Positions 51,046 to 61,034 of a DNA stretch of 64,000 bases are shown here, piece after piece. The notes under the pieces were generated by a model. It saw only the letters and a program-made list of their open reading frames with translations, was not told the DNA's origin and made no database searches. Origin of the DNA: an uncultured Planctomycetia bacterium. Its GTDB lineage: Bacteria; Omnitrophota; Gorgyraeia; 2-01-FULL-45-10. The stretch spans positions 8,410-72,409 of the forward strand of contig CAYVCD010000001.1 in assembly GCA_964450115.1 (NCBI GenBank), in the 5' to 3' direction. The first letter of the stretch is position 1. Each line of letters begins with the position of its first letter. Position numbers and translations under genes: made by a program.

Positions 51046-53889
51046 ATGTTTGACGCTAGATCTAATACGCCAAGATCCGGTTTTGTAAGGCCTACAAAGG
51101 TAAAAGAAGGCTTCTTTACCTTGAGGCCTTTTTTTATTGTTTCGCTGGCTCTACTCTTTTCATTCAATGCATTAGGAGGTGACTTGTTAGTTGGTGAACT
51201 TTGGGCTGCCAGGGAGTCTTCGGGGCTTACTAGCGTCGGCCTTGACAGCACGGGCAGCCCATCACCTCTTAAAATCTTGAGCGCGGCCAACTTCACCCTG
51301 CCTCAGGAGCTTGGATACATTCAGGAATCTACCGAAGTCCCGAACTCCGGCAGGACCGTAATACATATCCAGGATGCCCATTGTAATTATGCCGCTCAGA
51401 AGTCAATTGCGGAAATATTGAACTATCTTACTACCGAATATGGCATCAATACCGTTAACTGCGAAGGCGCTGCCGAAGGTTATGACCTATCTCCGTTTAC
51501 CGATATACCCGAAAAAGAGGTGAGAGAGAAGACTGCCGACTTTTTCGTGAAGGAAGGAGTCGTGAGCGCGGCTGAATATTACGCTGTGAATAATCCCAAG
51601 AAGGTGAGCCTGTGGGGAGTGGAAGATCCGAATCTCTATCTGAAGAATCTGAAAGTATACAGGGACTCACTGGCACACAAAGATGAGGTAGATCTGTACA
51701 TCAAGTCTGTAAGATATATCCTCGACAACCTTAAGCGGCACATATATTCGGATGAATTGCAGGAGTTCGACAGGCAGTACACCGGATACAAAGAAGGCAA
51801 AATACCTTTTAAAGAGTATATGCTCTATCTTACCGCCGCGGCACGCAAGAGGATGATCGATATAAAATCTTTTCCCAACATATACCTCTTAAGCCAGACG
51901 CTCTCCGAAGAGGATAAGATAAATTTTAAGCACGCCAACAACGAGAAGGATGAGGTCGTCGATAAACTTAAGAAGTCCCTGTCGAGGAACGAAATGGAAG
52001 AGCTTATGACGATGGTCGCCAAGCTAAAGACTGAACGGATCTCTCAGGCCGATTTTTACGCCTATCTTGCAAAGAAGGCAAGATCGGTAAAGCTGGAGCT
52101 GAAAGATTATCCGGAACTTCATAATTACATCATATACATCTCAATATACGGAGCCATAGACAGGACAAAGATCACAAAAGAGATGGATGAACTAGAGAAC
52201 AAGATAAGCGAATCTCTGTACGAGAACGATACGCAGAGAGAGCTCGGTATATTATCCAAGAATCTCACGCTCACTAAGAATATATTCAACATATCTCTGA
52301 CCAGGGATGATTTTACGTACTATATGGAACATAGGTCCACATTCGCAGTGGCGAATTATGTCAAATTTATCGACGCCAACGCGCCTCTTTACAAAATAAG
52401 CGCTATTCTTAGTAAGAATATCGACAGGTTAGACCAATATCGGGATAATATGGACCAATTCTACGAGACTTCGCTCGAAAGGGATAAAGCGTTCATAAAG
52501 AATATTAAATTCACGGATCACGACAGGCCGAACTCTATAATAATCACTGGAGGTTTCCATACGGAGAACCTGCGCGAGCTTTTCAAGAATGAGAATGTAT
52601 CCTATATCTCGATAATGCCCAAGTTCAAGAATGAGAAAGATTATGTAAGCCCGTATATGAAGCGCCTAGCCGGCCAAAGGACGGCGATCGAGAACGTGAT
52701 CGATACGGCCATACCGGCTATCCTGAACCTGCAGGTCGCCGAGATATTGGCAGCGAGGCTTGCCGATTCGTTTTACGGTAAAATAACGGTAGAGTTCTTT
52801 AAACGCATATTGGTGCCGATGGTTGCCGCTCTCATAAGAGGCCAGAGTTTCATACTGCGAGTGGGTAGGGGCATTCGGGTCAAAGGCTCTGACAGGGACG
52901 ATCAGGAAAAATTCGTCATCTTCCCCAGGGGGCCGGGTCCGGATATCTTAGGAGACCCTGTAGTCAAGGCATCGCTAGAACCGAACCAGCAAGCGAACGC
53001 GGTCCTCACGAGGACAGCCTCAGGTGAGCTTGAATTTGGACCGGTCACCGGACAGCCTCAGGAAAAGGTTACCGAAACTATGCCTGAAGAAGAAGCAGTC
53101 GTGGAAGCACCGGCTGTGCCGGTAGGCGTGACACCTGCGTTGACGGACGAAGAGAGATTTGCGCAGGATGTTATACGGCCTCTTTCAGGCGACGTAAGAA
53201 AAGGAGTTTTGAACATCTATCTTATTAAGACCACGCCTCAGACAATAGCGGGCATGGCAGCCTCGGCCAGTGGAGCCAGGAACGTATTTGAGAAGAAGCT
53301 CGGACTAGACACGGTCATACTGTACTATACGGATGCTAAGGGGCAGAGGGCTCAGTTAAAGCGGCTGACTCAACTATTTTCGCAGAGGGAAAACAAGGAA
53401 AGATATCCCATGGCATTTGCAAATTGTATGGATACACAGGAGCTCAAGGCGGTGCGGGCCTTTATCAGCAGGAATCGTTCACTTAAAGATATGATAGCCA
53501 TAGGCAGGGACTTCGGCAAAGGAAGGAATCGAATCCCCGAACAGGTCAAGGTCATGTTCGTTGGCAGCACTATAATGAACGATAGAAGGTTGAGTAAGAC
53601 TTTTAATATGAGCGCCGCATCTCTATTCGAGAGCAGGAAGAATATGTTACAGGCTTTCGAAAAGTACGGCATTATCAGCATCAGCGATATAAACAAGGTC
53701 CTGTCAGCTAAAGGGAAGATGATAGAGATTTCCACCATAGATAGTCTCACAGTAGAACATGCTGACTTACTGGCAGATATAATGGATAATATCTGGAAGG
53801 GTGCCTTGTTATTGAATTGCTCGAAAGTAGACTGGAAGACATTCGATGAGTGGAAGAAGTCCCAGGAACAACTCCTGCGATCCGTCTAA
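51046..53889 (+). CDS. large (947 aa) membrane/secreted protein, paralogue of the 46432 product over the N-terminal ~500 aa
   Basis: Shares VIHIQDAHCNYAAQ…NIFNISLT…IIITGGFHTENL with the 46432 product. Hydrophobic N-terminus. Confidence 0.6.
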   Translation: MFDARSNTPRSGFVRPTKVKEGFFTLRPFFIVSLALLFSFNALGGDLLVGELWAARESSGLTSVGLDSTGSPSPLKILSAANFTLPQELGYIQESTEVPNSGRTVIHIQDAHCNYAAQKSIAEILNYLTTEYGINTVNCEGAAEGYDLSPFTDIPEKEVREKTADFFVKEGVVSAAEYYAVNNPKKVSLWGVEDPNLYLKNLKVYRDSLAHKDEVDLYIKSVRYILDNLKRHIYSDELQEFDRQYTGYKEGKIPFKEYMLYLTAAARKRMIDIKSFPNIYLLSQTLSEEDKINFKHANNEKDEVVDKLKKSLSRNEMEELMTMVAKLKTERISQADFYAYLAKKARSVKLELKDYPELHNYIIYISIYGAIDRTKITKEMDELENKISESLYENDTQRELGILSKNLTLTKNIFNISLTRDDFTYYMEHRSTFAVANYVKFIDANAPLYKISAILSKNIDRLDQYRDNMDQFYETSLERDKAFIKNIKFTDHDRPNSIIITGGFHTENLRELFKNENVSYISIMPKFKNEKDYVSPYMKRLAGQRTAIENVIDTAIPAILNLQVAEILAARLADSFYGKITVEFFKRILVPMVAALIRGQSFILRVGRGIRVKGSDRDDQEKFVIFPRGPGPDILGDPVVKASLEPNQQANAVLTRTASGELEFGPVTGQPQEKVTETMPEEEAVVEAPAVPVGVTPALTDEERFAQDVIRPLSGDVRKGVLNIYLIKTTPQTIAGMAASASGARNVFEKKLGLDTVILYYTDAKGQRAQLKRLTQLFSQRENKERYPMAFANCMDTQELKAVRAFISRNRSLKDMIAIGRDFGKGRNRIPEQVKVMFVGSTIMNDRRLSKTFNMSAASLFESRKNMLQAFEKYGIISISDINKVLSAKGKMIEISTIDSLTVEHADLLADIMDNIWKGALLLNCSKVDWKTFDEWKKSQEQLLRSV

Positions 53890-53965
53890 TCCGTAATAAC
53901 CAAATCCCGTATTTTTTTCTTGACAAATGATACCATTATGGTATCATTATCGCACGAGGCTTAAG

Positions 53966-54370
53966 ATGAAACTGATATCGAGAAACACCGATTATGCAGT
54001 AAGAGCGGTCTGTTACATAGCGCGACAGGATAAAAGGATGGTATCCGTCGCAGAACTGGTGAAGGCTTTAGGGATCCCCAGGCCATTCTTGAGGAAGATA
54101 CTGCAGGTCTTGAATAAAAAAAGGATCCTCATCTCCAATAAAGGCTCCGGAGGCGGATTTAAGCTGGCTCGCAAGGAAGAGAAGATATTTTTATCGGAAC
54201 TTATGGAGGCGTTCCAGGGGCCTTTTAAATTAAATGAATGCACGTTCAAAAAAGAGTTATGCCCTAATAGAAAATTCTGCTGGCTTAAGAACAAGATAGA
54301 TATCATAGAAGATAAAGTGCTGTCAGAGTTAAGTACTGTTTCAATAGATTCCATACTGAAAGGAAAATAG
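53966..54370 (+). CDS. Rrf2-family transcriptional regulator (IscR/NsrR-like, 3-Cys Fe-S ligand cluster)
   Basis: MKLISRNTDYAVRAVCYIA… wHTH. CTFKKELCPNRKFC cysteine cluster. ATG 53966 is preferred over the upstream extension. Confidence 0.8.
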   Translation: MKLISRNTDYAVRAVCYIARQDKRMVSVAELVKALGIPRPFLRKILQVLNKKRILISNKGSGGGFKLARKEEKIFLSELMEAFQGPFKLNECTFKKELCPNRKFCWLKNKIDIIEDKVLSELSTVSIDSILKGK

Positions 54371-54373
54371 CCT

Positions 54374-55255
54374 ATGGCTAAGAGAAAGATAATAAAGATA
54401 GATGAAGATAAGTGCAACGGCTGCAAGCTGTGTATTCCGAATTGTCCTGAAGGAGCTCTGCAGGTAATAGACGGTAAGGCGCGGCTGATCAGTGATCTAT
54501 TCTGTGATGGCCTTGGCGCATGTATAGGCCATTGCCCTCAAGGCGCTATCAATATAGAGGAAAGAGAAGCCGAAAAGTACGATGAGAAGAAGGTTATGGT
54601 TAATATAGTGAAGCATGGCAAGAATACCATAATCGCGCATATAAAACACTTAAGGGAGCACAACGAGTTTGGTTATCTCAAAGAGGCCATGGACTATCTT
54701 GTTACCAAAGGTATAAAGATAAGGCCAGGTGATCTCACAGATACAGTTGCTTCGGGCCCATGCGGTTGTCCGGGTTCAAAGGTCAGCCAACAAAAAAATG
54801 CCGGTCTTGCTCCCGAAAAGCGCCTGCCCGACTGCACGCTAACTCCATCGAGGCAGGCGGGCCTGACCCCTTCGAAGACCCCTTCACGGCTTACAACATG
54901 GCCGGTGCAGTTAAAGCTGGTGCCGGCCTTCGCGCCGTTCCTAAATGGCGCGGATCTCCTGATAGCGGCGGACTGTGTGCCATTCGCGTATGCCGACTTC
55001 CACGAGGACCTCTTAAAAGGAAAGATACTGCTCGTAGGGTGTCCGAAGCTGGATGACATCGCGTATCATAAGGAGAAGATAACTCAAATCATAATGAATA
55101 ATGATATTAAGTCCATAACACACGCTCATATGGAGGTGCCGTGTTGTTTTGGTTTTCTATCTATAATAAAGGACGCGATCGCGCAATCAGGGAAGAAGAT
55201 CCCTTTCAGCGATGTTACTATCAGCATAACCGGAGAAAGAATAAAGGAGGTTTAA
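54374..55255 (+). CDS. 4Fe-4S dicluster ferredoxin-domain protein with a Cys-rich C-terminal domain (putative electron-transfer partner of Hcp)
   Basis: Two CxxCxxCxxxCP motifs (CNGCKLCIPNCP, CDGLGACIGHCP). Additional Cys pairs (CGCPG, CC). Immediately 5' of hcp. Confidence 0.65.
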   Translation: MAKRKIIKIDEDKCNGCKLCIPNCPEGALQVIDGKARLISDLFCDGLGACIGHCPQGAINIEEREAEKYDEKKVMVNIVKHGKNTIIAHIKHLREHNEFGYLKEAMDYLVTKGIKIRPGDLTDTVASGPCGCPGSKVSQQKNAGLAPEKRLPDCTLTPSRQAGLTPSKTPSRLTTWPVQLKLVPAFAPFLNGADLLIAADCVPFAYADFHEDLLKGKILLVGCPKLDDIAYHKEKITQIIMNNDIKSITHAHMEVPCCFGFLSIIKDAIAQSGKKIPFSDVTISITGERIKEV

Positions 55256-55257
55256 AT

Positions 55258-56547
55258 ATGTTCTGTTATCAATGCGAACAGGCGGCAGGTGGTACGGGAT
55301 GCACGAAAGTCGGGGTTTGCGGTAAGAATGAGGATATACAGAGTCTTCAGGATACGCTTTTATACGGATTAAAAGGGATAGCCGCCTATGCATATCATGC
55401 CAGAGAGCTTGGCGCCCGCAATGAAGATGTCGACGCGTTTATGCACGAAGCGCTATTCAAAACAGTGACGAATGTGAGCTTTGACCTTAATCAGCATATT
55501 GCGATGGTGCTGAAGTGCGGCCAGATGAACCTTAAAGTAATGGAGCTTCTCGATAAAGCGCATACTGATAAATTTGGCAAGCCAACTCCTGTCGAGGTCG
55601 ATACCGGTACGAGAGCAGGCCCCGGCATACTTGTTACGGGCCACGATCTTCTTATGCTCCATAGGCTTCTTGAACAGACAGAGGGGTTCGGCGTAAATAT
55701 ATATACCCACGGTGAGATGCTCCCTGCGCATGGTTATCCGGGGTTAAGAAAATTCAAGCACCTTGCCGGTAACTATGGCGGCGCGTGGCAGGACCAGAAG
55801 AAGGAGTTTGCGGCCTTTTCGGGCCCAATATTGGTGAACACGAACTGCGTAATAATACCCCCGCCAAATTCATATCTTGATCGGCTATTTACCGTCGGCC
55901 TGCCCGGAGTGCCGGGCGCCAAGCATATAGAAGGCCATGATTTTGCAGAAGTGATAAAGATGGCAAAGAAGCTTCCCGCCCTTCCGGCGGCTTCGGGCAA
56001 GAAGATATTGACGGGATTTCACTATACCGCCATACTCGGGCTTGCCGAAAAAATAGTGGGTCTGGTAAAATCCGGTAAGATCAAGAGGTTCTTCCTGATC
56101 GGAGGATGCGACGGAGCGAAGCCAGGGAGGAATTATTACACCGAATTTGCCGAGAGCGTCCCCAAGGACTGCGTGATACTCACCGTAGCCTGCGGCAAAT
56201 ACCGTTTCAATAAGCTCGATTTCGGTAATATCGATGGAGTACCGAGGCTCATAGATCTGGGACAGTGTAATGACGCTTATTCAGGAGTCCAGGTGGCCCT
56301 GGCGCTCGCCAAGGTCTTCAATTGCGGCGTAAACGATCTGCCGCTTTCGTTCGTCCTTTCGTGGTTTGAGCAGAAAGCGGTGGCGATCCTCTTAACCCTG
56401 TTATCTCTGGGGATCAAAGGCATCAGGATAGGCCCTACACCTCCGGCCTTCATAACGCCGAATGTATTTAAGGTATTGCAGGAGAATTTTGACCTTAAAT
56501 TGATCAAGACTCCGGAAGAGGACTTGAAGGAGATACTGAAGAAGTAA
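55258..56547 (+). CDS. hcp: hybrid cluster protein (hydroxylamine reductase), short class
   Basis: Begins MFCYQCEQAAGGTGCTKVGVCGK, the Hcp N-terminal Cys motif. 430 aa. The longer ORF from 55141 is an upstream extension into the previous gene. Confidence 0.85.
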   Translation: MFCYQCEQAAGGTGCTKVGVCGKNEDIQSLQDTLLYGLKGIAAYAYHARELGARNEDVDAFMHEALFKTVTNVSFDLNQHIAMVLKCGQMNLKVMELLDKAHTDKFGKPTPVEVDTGTRAGPGILVTGHDLLMLHRLLEQTEGFGVNIYTHGEMLPAHGYPGLRKFKHLAGNYGGAWQDQKKEFAAFSGPILVNTNCVIIPPPNSYLDRLFTVGLPGVPGAKHIEGHDFAEVIKMAKKLPALPAASGKKILTGFHYTAILGLAEKIVGLVKSGKIKRFFLIGGCDGAKPGRNYYTEFAESVPKDCVILTVACGKYRFNKLDFGNIDGVPRLIDLGQCNDAYSGVQVALALAKVFNCGVNDLPLSFVLSWFEQKAVAILLTLLSLGIKGIRIGPTPPAFITPNVFKVLQENFDLKLIKTPEEDLKEILKK

Positions 56548-56609
56548 TATTCTTTATTAAAAATTAGTTATATGTTAGAATAGAAAACCCAAAAGAAGGA
56601 GATCTTAAA

Positions 56610-56831
56610 ATGAAGGAGAAGATAGAGGCTGCGTTAAAGAAGATACGTCCGATGCTTCAGGCGGATGGCGGAGATATAGAGCTTGTAGATGTCTCCAAAG
56701 ACGGCGTCGTAAAAGTCAAACTTACCGGAGCGTGCGGATGCTGCCCGATGAGCCAGATAACATTAAAGAATGCCGTAGAGCAGAAGCTGAAGAAGGAAGT
56801 ACCCGGGATAAAATCAGTTATATCTGCGTAA
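56610..56831 (+). CDS. NifU-like (Nfu) Fe-S cluster assembly domain protein
   Basis: 73 aa. …[17 protein letters not shown]…GACGCCPMS… (CxxC). Confidence 0.75.
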   Translation: MKEKIEAALKKIRPMLQADGGDIELVDVSKDGVVKVKLTGACGCCPMSQITLKNAVEQKLKKEVPGIKSVISA

Positions 56832-56856
56832 CAAAGGCTTAAGAGGAGGATTTGGT

Positions 56857-57015
56857 ATGGATAAATATAAGTGCCTGATATGCGGTTATATTTATGATCC
56901 CGCTTTGGGCGATCCGGATAGAGGGGTTAATCCCGGGACAGCTTTTGAAGCTTTACCGAAGGATTGGGTATGTCCCGAGTGCGGCGCTCCGAAGAGCGAG
57001 TTTGAAAAAATATAA
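56857..57015 (+). CDS. rub: rubredoxin
   Basis: Not in the ORF track (52 aa). Hand translation: [52 protein letters not shown], with CxxCG…CPxCG motifs. RBS AAGAGGAGG. Confidence 0.85.
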   Translation: MDKYKCLICGYIYDPALGDPDRGVNPGTAFEALPKDWVCPECGAPKSEFEKI

Positions 57016-57026
57016 ATAGGAGGTGC

Positions 57027-57215
57027 GTGGTGAAGGCAAGAGTAGATGCGGATGCATGCATAGGATGCGGACTTTGTGAAGGCACTTGTCCGGAAGTCTT
57101 CAAGATGGATGGCGATAAAGCGGTTATCATAGGCTCCGTAGTTCCCAAGGGTGCGGAAGATACCTGCAAAAAAGCGACCGAAGAATGCCCGGTCACGGCG
57201 ATAATATTAAGCTAA
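57027..57215 (+). CDS. small [4Fe-4S] ferredoxin
   Basis: CIGCGLCEGTCP … CP motif. 62 aa. GTG start; 57030 is also possible. AGGAGG RBS. Confidence 0.75.
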   Translation: MVKARVDADACIGCGLCEGTCPEVFKMDGDKAVIIGSVVPKGAEDTCKKATEECPVTAIILS

Positions 57216-57242
57216 ATATCGGCTGCAACATAAGAAGAGATA

Positions 57243-57758
57243 ATGGACCCGAACGTACTGCATAATATAAGCTACGGCATGTTTATAGTGTCGTCGAATA
57301 AAGATAAGGCCTTGAACGGCCAGATAGCCAATACGGTATTTCAGATAACGAGTGCTCCCGTTACGATAGCCATCAGTATAAATAATAAGAATATGACGCA
57401 TGAATTCATAAAGGCGAGCGGCGTATTCGGCATATCGATATTGAGCGAGGAAGCGACTCTTCCATTTATAGGGAAGTTCGGTTTTAAATCGGGAAGGAAC
57501 GAAGATAAGTTCAAGGACGTAGGTTTCAAGATCCTGCCATCAGGGTGCCCCATAGTGACCGATTATTCTATAGCGTATATAGAGGCAAAGGTCATAAACT
57601 GTTTCGACTGCCTGACGCATACGCTCTTTTTGGGCGAGATGACCGATTCTGCCATGTTAAAAGAGGGCAGGCCCATGACTTATGATCATTACCACCAGGT
57701 GAAGCGCGGGTTCACACCGCCATCGGCGCCCACATTCATAAAAGGAGAGAAGAGGTAG
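57243..57758 (+). CDS. flavin reductase-like FMN-binding domain protein
   Basis: …YGMFIVSS…ANTVFQITSAPVTIAISI… matches the flavin_reduct fold. Adjacent to the flavodiiron protein. Confidence 0.65.
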   Translation: MDPNVLHNISYGMFIVSSNKDKALNGQIANTVFQITSAPVTIAISINNKNMTHEFIKASGVFGISILSEEATLPFIGKFGFKSGRNEDKFKDVGFKILPSGCPIVTDYSIAYIEAKVINCFDCLTHTLFLGEMTDSAMLKEGRPMTYDHYHQVKRGFTPPSAPTFIKGEKR

Positions 57759-57762
57759 ATAT

Positions 57763-58947
57763 ATGAAGCCGGTTGAGATCAAAAAAGGTATCTACTGGGT
57801 CGGCGCGGTCGATTGGAACGCGAGATCTTTTCATGGGCACACATATACCACGCAGAGAGGCACTACCTATAATGCATACCTTATAGTAGACGAAAAGATA
57901 GCATTAGTCGATACGGTATATGGTCCATTTGCCAACGAGATGATAGAGAAGATCAGCGACATAATCCCTCTCGAAAAGATAGACTATGTAATAGCGAACC
58001 ATGTAGAGACGGATCATTCGGGCGCCCTGCCCGAGCTGATGAAGCTTTGCCCTAAAGCAAAGGTAGTCGGGACTGCCAAGTGCAAAGAGGGCTTATACAA
58101 GCACTACTATGGCAACTGGGATTTTCAGATAGTCAAGACGGGCGACTCGATAAAATTGGGCAAGAGGACCCTTTCGTTCGTAGAGGCGCCGATGATCCAC
58201 TGGCCCGACAGCATGTTCACATATTGCCCTGAAGAGAAGCTGCTCCTTCCGAACGACGCGTTCGGACAACATTATGCCACGAGCGAGAGATTCGATGATG
58301 AAGTCGACCAATCCGTTCTCATGGATGAGGCGACTAAATATTACGCCAACATTTTATGGCCGCTCGGTTCTATGATATTGAGAAAGCTGGAAGAGGTGAT
58401 GAAGATGGGGATCCCCATCGATATGATCGCCCCCAGCCACGGCATAATATGGCGCAAAGATCCGATGAAGATAGTGAACGCTTATCTCTCGTGGGCTAAG
58501 AATGAGCACGCGAAGAAGGTCGTCATCATATATGAAACTATGTGGGGAGCTACCGCCAGGATGGCAAGGGCTATTGCCCAGGGTATAGCAGATTCCGGGG
58601 TGAGCGTAAAGCTGTTCGATATAAATCAATCGGACAAGACCGAGGTCATAAGTCAGATGCTTTCCGCCAGGGGCTACCTTATAGGTTCATCGACCCATGA
58701 TAACTGCATGCTCCCGAGCATAGCCGGATTTCTGGAGCTCCTGAAAGGGTTTAAGCCGAAGGGTAGAAGTGCAGCGGCCTTCGGATCCTACGGCTGGGCG
58801 GGCGGGGCGGTAAATTCCATAGAGGAGATCCTTAAAGTTGCAGGCCTTGGCATAGCGCTGGCGCCGATCTCATTCAAATACGTTCCCGATGCTAATGAGA
58901 TGAAGAAATGTTATGATTACGGGAAAGAGTTCGTATCTAAACTGTAA
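57763..58947 (+). CDS. flavodiiron protein (FprA / rubredoxin:oxygen oxidoreductase-type)
   Basis: Metallo-beta-lactamase-like diiron domain (HVETDHSGALPE) plus a C-terminal flavodoxin domain. 394 aa. Confidence 0.9.
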   Translation: MKPVEIKKGIYWVGAVDWNARSFHGHTYTTQRGTTYNAYLIVDEKIALVDTVYGPFANEMIEKISDIIPLEKIDYVIANHVETDHSGALPELMKLCPKAKVVGTAKCKEGLYKHYYGNWDFQIVKTGDSIKLGKRTLSFVEAPMIHWPDSMFTYCPEEKLLLPNDAFGQHYATSERFDDEVDQSVLMDEATKYYANILWPLGSMILRKLEEVMKMGIPIDMIAPSHGIIWRKDPMKIVNAYLSWAKNEHAKKVVIIYETMWGATARMARAIAQGIADSGVSVKLFDINQSDKTEVISQMLSARGYLIGSSTHDNCMLPSIAGFLELLKGFKPKGRSAAAFGSYGWAGGAVNSIEEILKVAGLGIALAPISFKYVPDANEMKKCYDYGKEFVSKL

Positions 58948-58967
58948 CAAAACAAAGGAGGAGTAAA

Positions 58968-59444
58968 ATGGGCAAAGAAGGTACAAAGGTAGCAGCGGTA
59001 GACGTGAAGGAGTTGATAAAGGACCTTAATAGAGCTTATGCCGATGAATGGCTCGCTCACTATTCTTACCTCTATATGGCAAGGACATGTACGGGCATGA
59101 TGTATGAGGACATGGCCGAATTTTTAGAAGAGACCGCCAAGGATGAAGCGGAGCATGCCGGAGAGCTGGCCGACAGGATACAGGAGCTCGGCGGACTGCC
59201 GCTGGCGAACTTCTCGGATCTCGAGAAACAGTGTAATGCCCCTTATCCGAAGCCGCCTAAGAGCACATCGGACTACAAGGGCATGATAAAGGTCGTCATG
59301 GATGCCGAGGCCGGAGCTATCGATGTATACAATAAGATAGCAGAGAAGACAAAAGGCAAGGACCATGTGACGTATCAGCTTGTATGCCACATACTCGGAG
59401 AAGAGGTCGGACACGAAGAGAAGTTCGAGGATCTGCTCGGATAA
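58968..59444 (+). CDS. ferritin-like diiron-carboxylate protein (bacterioferritin/Dps-like)
   Basis: …YADEWLAHYSYLYMA…EFLEETAKDEAEHAGELADRI… (ExxH motifs). Confidence 0.6.
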   Translation: MGKEGTKVAAVDVKELIKDLNRAYADEWLAHYSYLYMARTCTGMMYEDMAEFLEETAKDEAEHAGELADRIQELGGLPLANFSDLEKQCNAPYPKPPKSTSDYKGMIKVVMDAEAGAIDVYNKIAEKTKGKDHVTYQLVCHILGEEVGHEEKFEDLLG

Positions 59445-59458
59445 TAGAGGAGGTTTTT

Positions 59459-59854
59459 ATGGCTGAATTAAAGGATACGCTCCAGTCGGCCGACTGGAAG
59501 AAGGAGAAGCATGTGCCCGCGATCGATTCGCCAGACAAGTGTAAAAAAGGTGAATTGGTAAATGCAACATTCACGGTGGGTAAAGAGATAGCTCATCCCA
59601 ATACGACGGAGCACCATATCAGGTGGATATCGGTATTCTTTCTGCCGGACGGGGAAAAGTTCCCCGTCCAGATAGCGAGGTCGGAATTCGACGCTCACGG
59701 CGAATCTGCGGGTGGACCGAATATGAGCACCGTCTACACTCATCCGGAGGCGACGGTGAGCTTTAAGACTGATAAGCCTGGGACGATACTGGCATCCAGT
59801 TACTGCAATATACACGGATTGTGGCAGAGCTCAAAAAGACTGGAGATAGCATGA
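59459..59854 (+). CDS. superoxide reductase (neelaredoxin / 1Fe-SOR class)
   Basis: WKKEKHVPAID (EKHVP signature). …HHIRWISVFF… C-terminal …CNIHGLW. ATG 59459 with GGAGG RBS. The ORF from 59384 is a 5' extension. Confidence 0.8.
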   Translation: MAELKDTLQSADWKKEKHVPAIDSPDKCKKGELVNATFTVGKEIAHPNTTEHHIRWISVFFLPDGEKFPVQIARSEFDAHGESAGGPNMSTVYTHPEATVSFKTDKPGTILASSYCNIHGLWQSSKRLEIA

Positions 59855-60087
59855 CGAAAAAGATAAAGGTATATTCCACACCCACATGCCCTTTCTGCAT
59901 AAGAGCGAAGCAGTTCTTGAAAGAGAGCGCGGTGAGCTTTGAGGATATCGATGTCTCAGTGAACCAGGAGGCTGCCCAGGAGATGATAAAGAAGTCAGGG
60001 CAGATGGGTGTACCGGTGATCGATATCGAGGGCGAGCTGATAGTCGGCTTCGACAAAGATAAGATAAAGAGATCGTTGGGACTGTAA
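59851..60087 (+). CDS. glutaredoxin-like protein (CPFC active site)
   Basis: MTKKIKVYSTPTCPFCIRAKQFL…GQMGVPVIDIEGELIVGFD. ATGA overlap with the SOR gene. Confidence 0.7.
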   Translation: MTKKIKVYSTPTCPFCIRAKQFLKESAVSFEDIDVSVNQEAAQEMIKKSGQMGVPVIDIEGELIVGFDKDKIKRSLGL

Positions 60088-60098
60088 ACTAAAAAAAC

Positions 60099-61001
60099 AT
60101 GTACGACCTCATCATCATCGGTGCCGGTCCGGCAGGGATCACGGCGACAGTCTACGCCGCCAGAAAGAAGATGGATTTTCTCGTCATCTCAGGCGATATC
60201 GGCGGCCAGGCGGCGTGGAGCGGAGACATAGAGAACTACACCGGGTACCAGTTCATTACGGGCCCGGAGCTCGCCTCGAAGTTTGAAGAGCATATGCGTA
60301 AATACGGCGTGGCGATGAGGGAGGGCGAGAGCGTCCTGGATATTAAAAAGGTGGATGACAAGGTCGTAGTAAAGACCGATAAGGGTCAGTATGAATCCAA
60401 GACCGTTATCATCGCTTCAGGAAAAAGATCCAGAGAGCTTTCGGTCCCCGGTGAGAAAGAGTTCAAGAATAAAGGTCTGACATACTGCGCCACCTGCGAC
60501 GGGCCTCTCTTTTCGGGCAAGGATGTCGCCGTAATAGGCGGCGGCAACTCCGCTCTCGACGCAGTGCTCCAACTGATGAAGATAGCCCACCGCATCTACC
60601 TTATCAATATAGTATCCCACCTGACGGGCGACCCGGTCATGATAGAGAAGGTGCATGAAAGCGATATAGTTACCGTCATGAACAACGCAAGGGTTCTCGA
60701 GATCATGGGCGACGGGATGGTAAGCGGCATTAAAGTAAGATGCGACGGTGAAGAGAAGGCTCTCCCCGTCGGGGGTATATTCGTCGAGATAGGCCTCATA
60801 CCGAACTCTCATTTTGCGCCTGATATTGAAAAGAACGCTCTCGGAGAGATAAAAGTGGATTGTCATAACCGCACCAATGTTCCCGGTATATTCGCCGCGG
60901 GAGATGTCACGGATGTCCCCGAAAAGCAGATAATAATAGCCGCAGGCGAAGGTTCCAAAGCAAGCCTGGCGGCATTCAAATATTTGAATCAACGTAGATG
61001 A
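60099..61001 (+). CDS. trxB: thioredoxin-disulfide reductase
   Basis: FAD site IIIGAGPAG. Redox-active CATCDG. NADPH site VIGGGNSALD. 300 aa. Confidence 0.8.
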   Translation: MYDLIIIGAGPAGITATVYAARKKMDFLVISGDIGGQAAWSGDIENYTGYQFITGPELASKFEEHMRKYGVAMREGESVLDIKKVDDKVVVKTDKGQYESKTVIIASGKRSRELSVPGEKEFKNKGLTYCATCDGPLFSGKDVAVIGGGNSALDAVLQLMKIAHRIYLINIVSHLTGDPVMIEKVHESDIVTVMNNARVLEIMGDGMVSGIKVRCDGEEKALPVGGIFVEIGLIPNSHFAPDIEKNALGEIKVDCHNRTNVPGIFAAGDVTDVPEKQIIIAAGEGSKASLAAFKYLNQRR

Positions 61002-61034
61002 GTTTTTAAGCCTTAAGCTGTAAGCTATAAGATT

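Noticed and set aside
55141-55257. Upstream extension of hcp (ORF from 55141)
   Set aside because: The extension overlaps the 3' end of the preceding Fe-S protein gene. ATG 55258 has a GGAGG RBS and yields the canonical MFCYQCEQ N-terminus of Hcp.
61001-61034. Short tandem TAAGC(C/T)T repeats after trxB
   Set aside because: Only three imperfect copies in a 30-nt gap. Too short to call a functional repeat or terminator.
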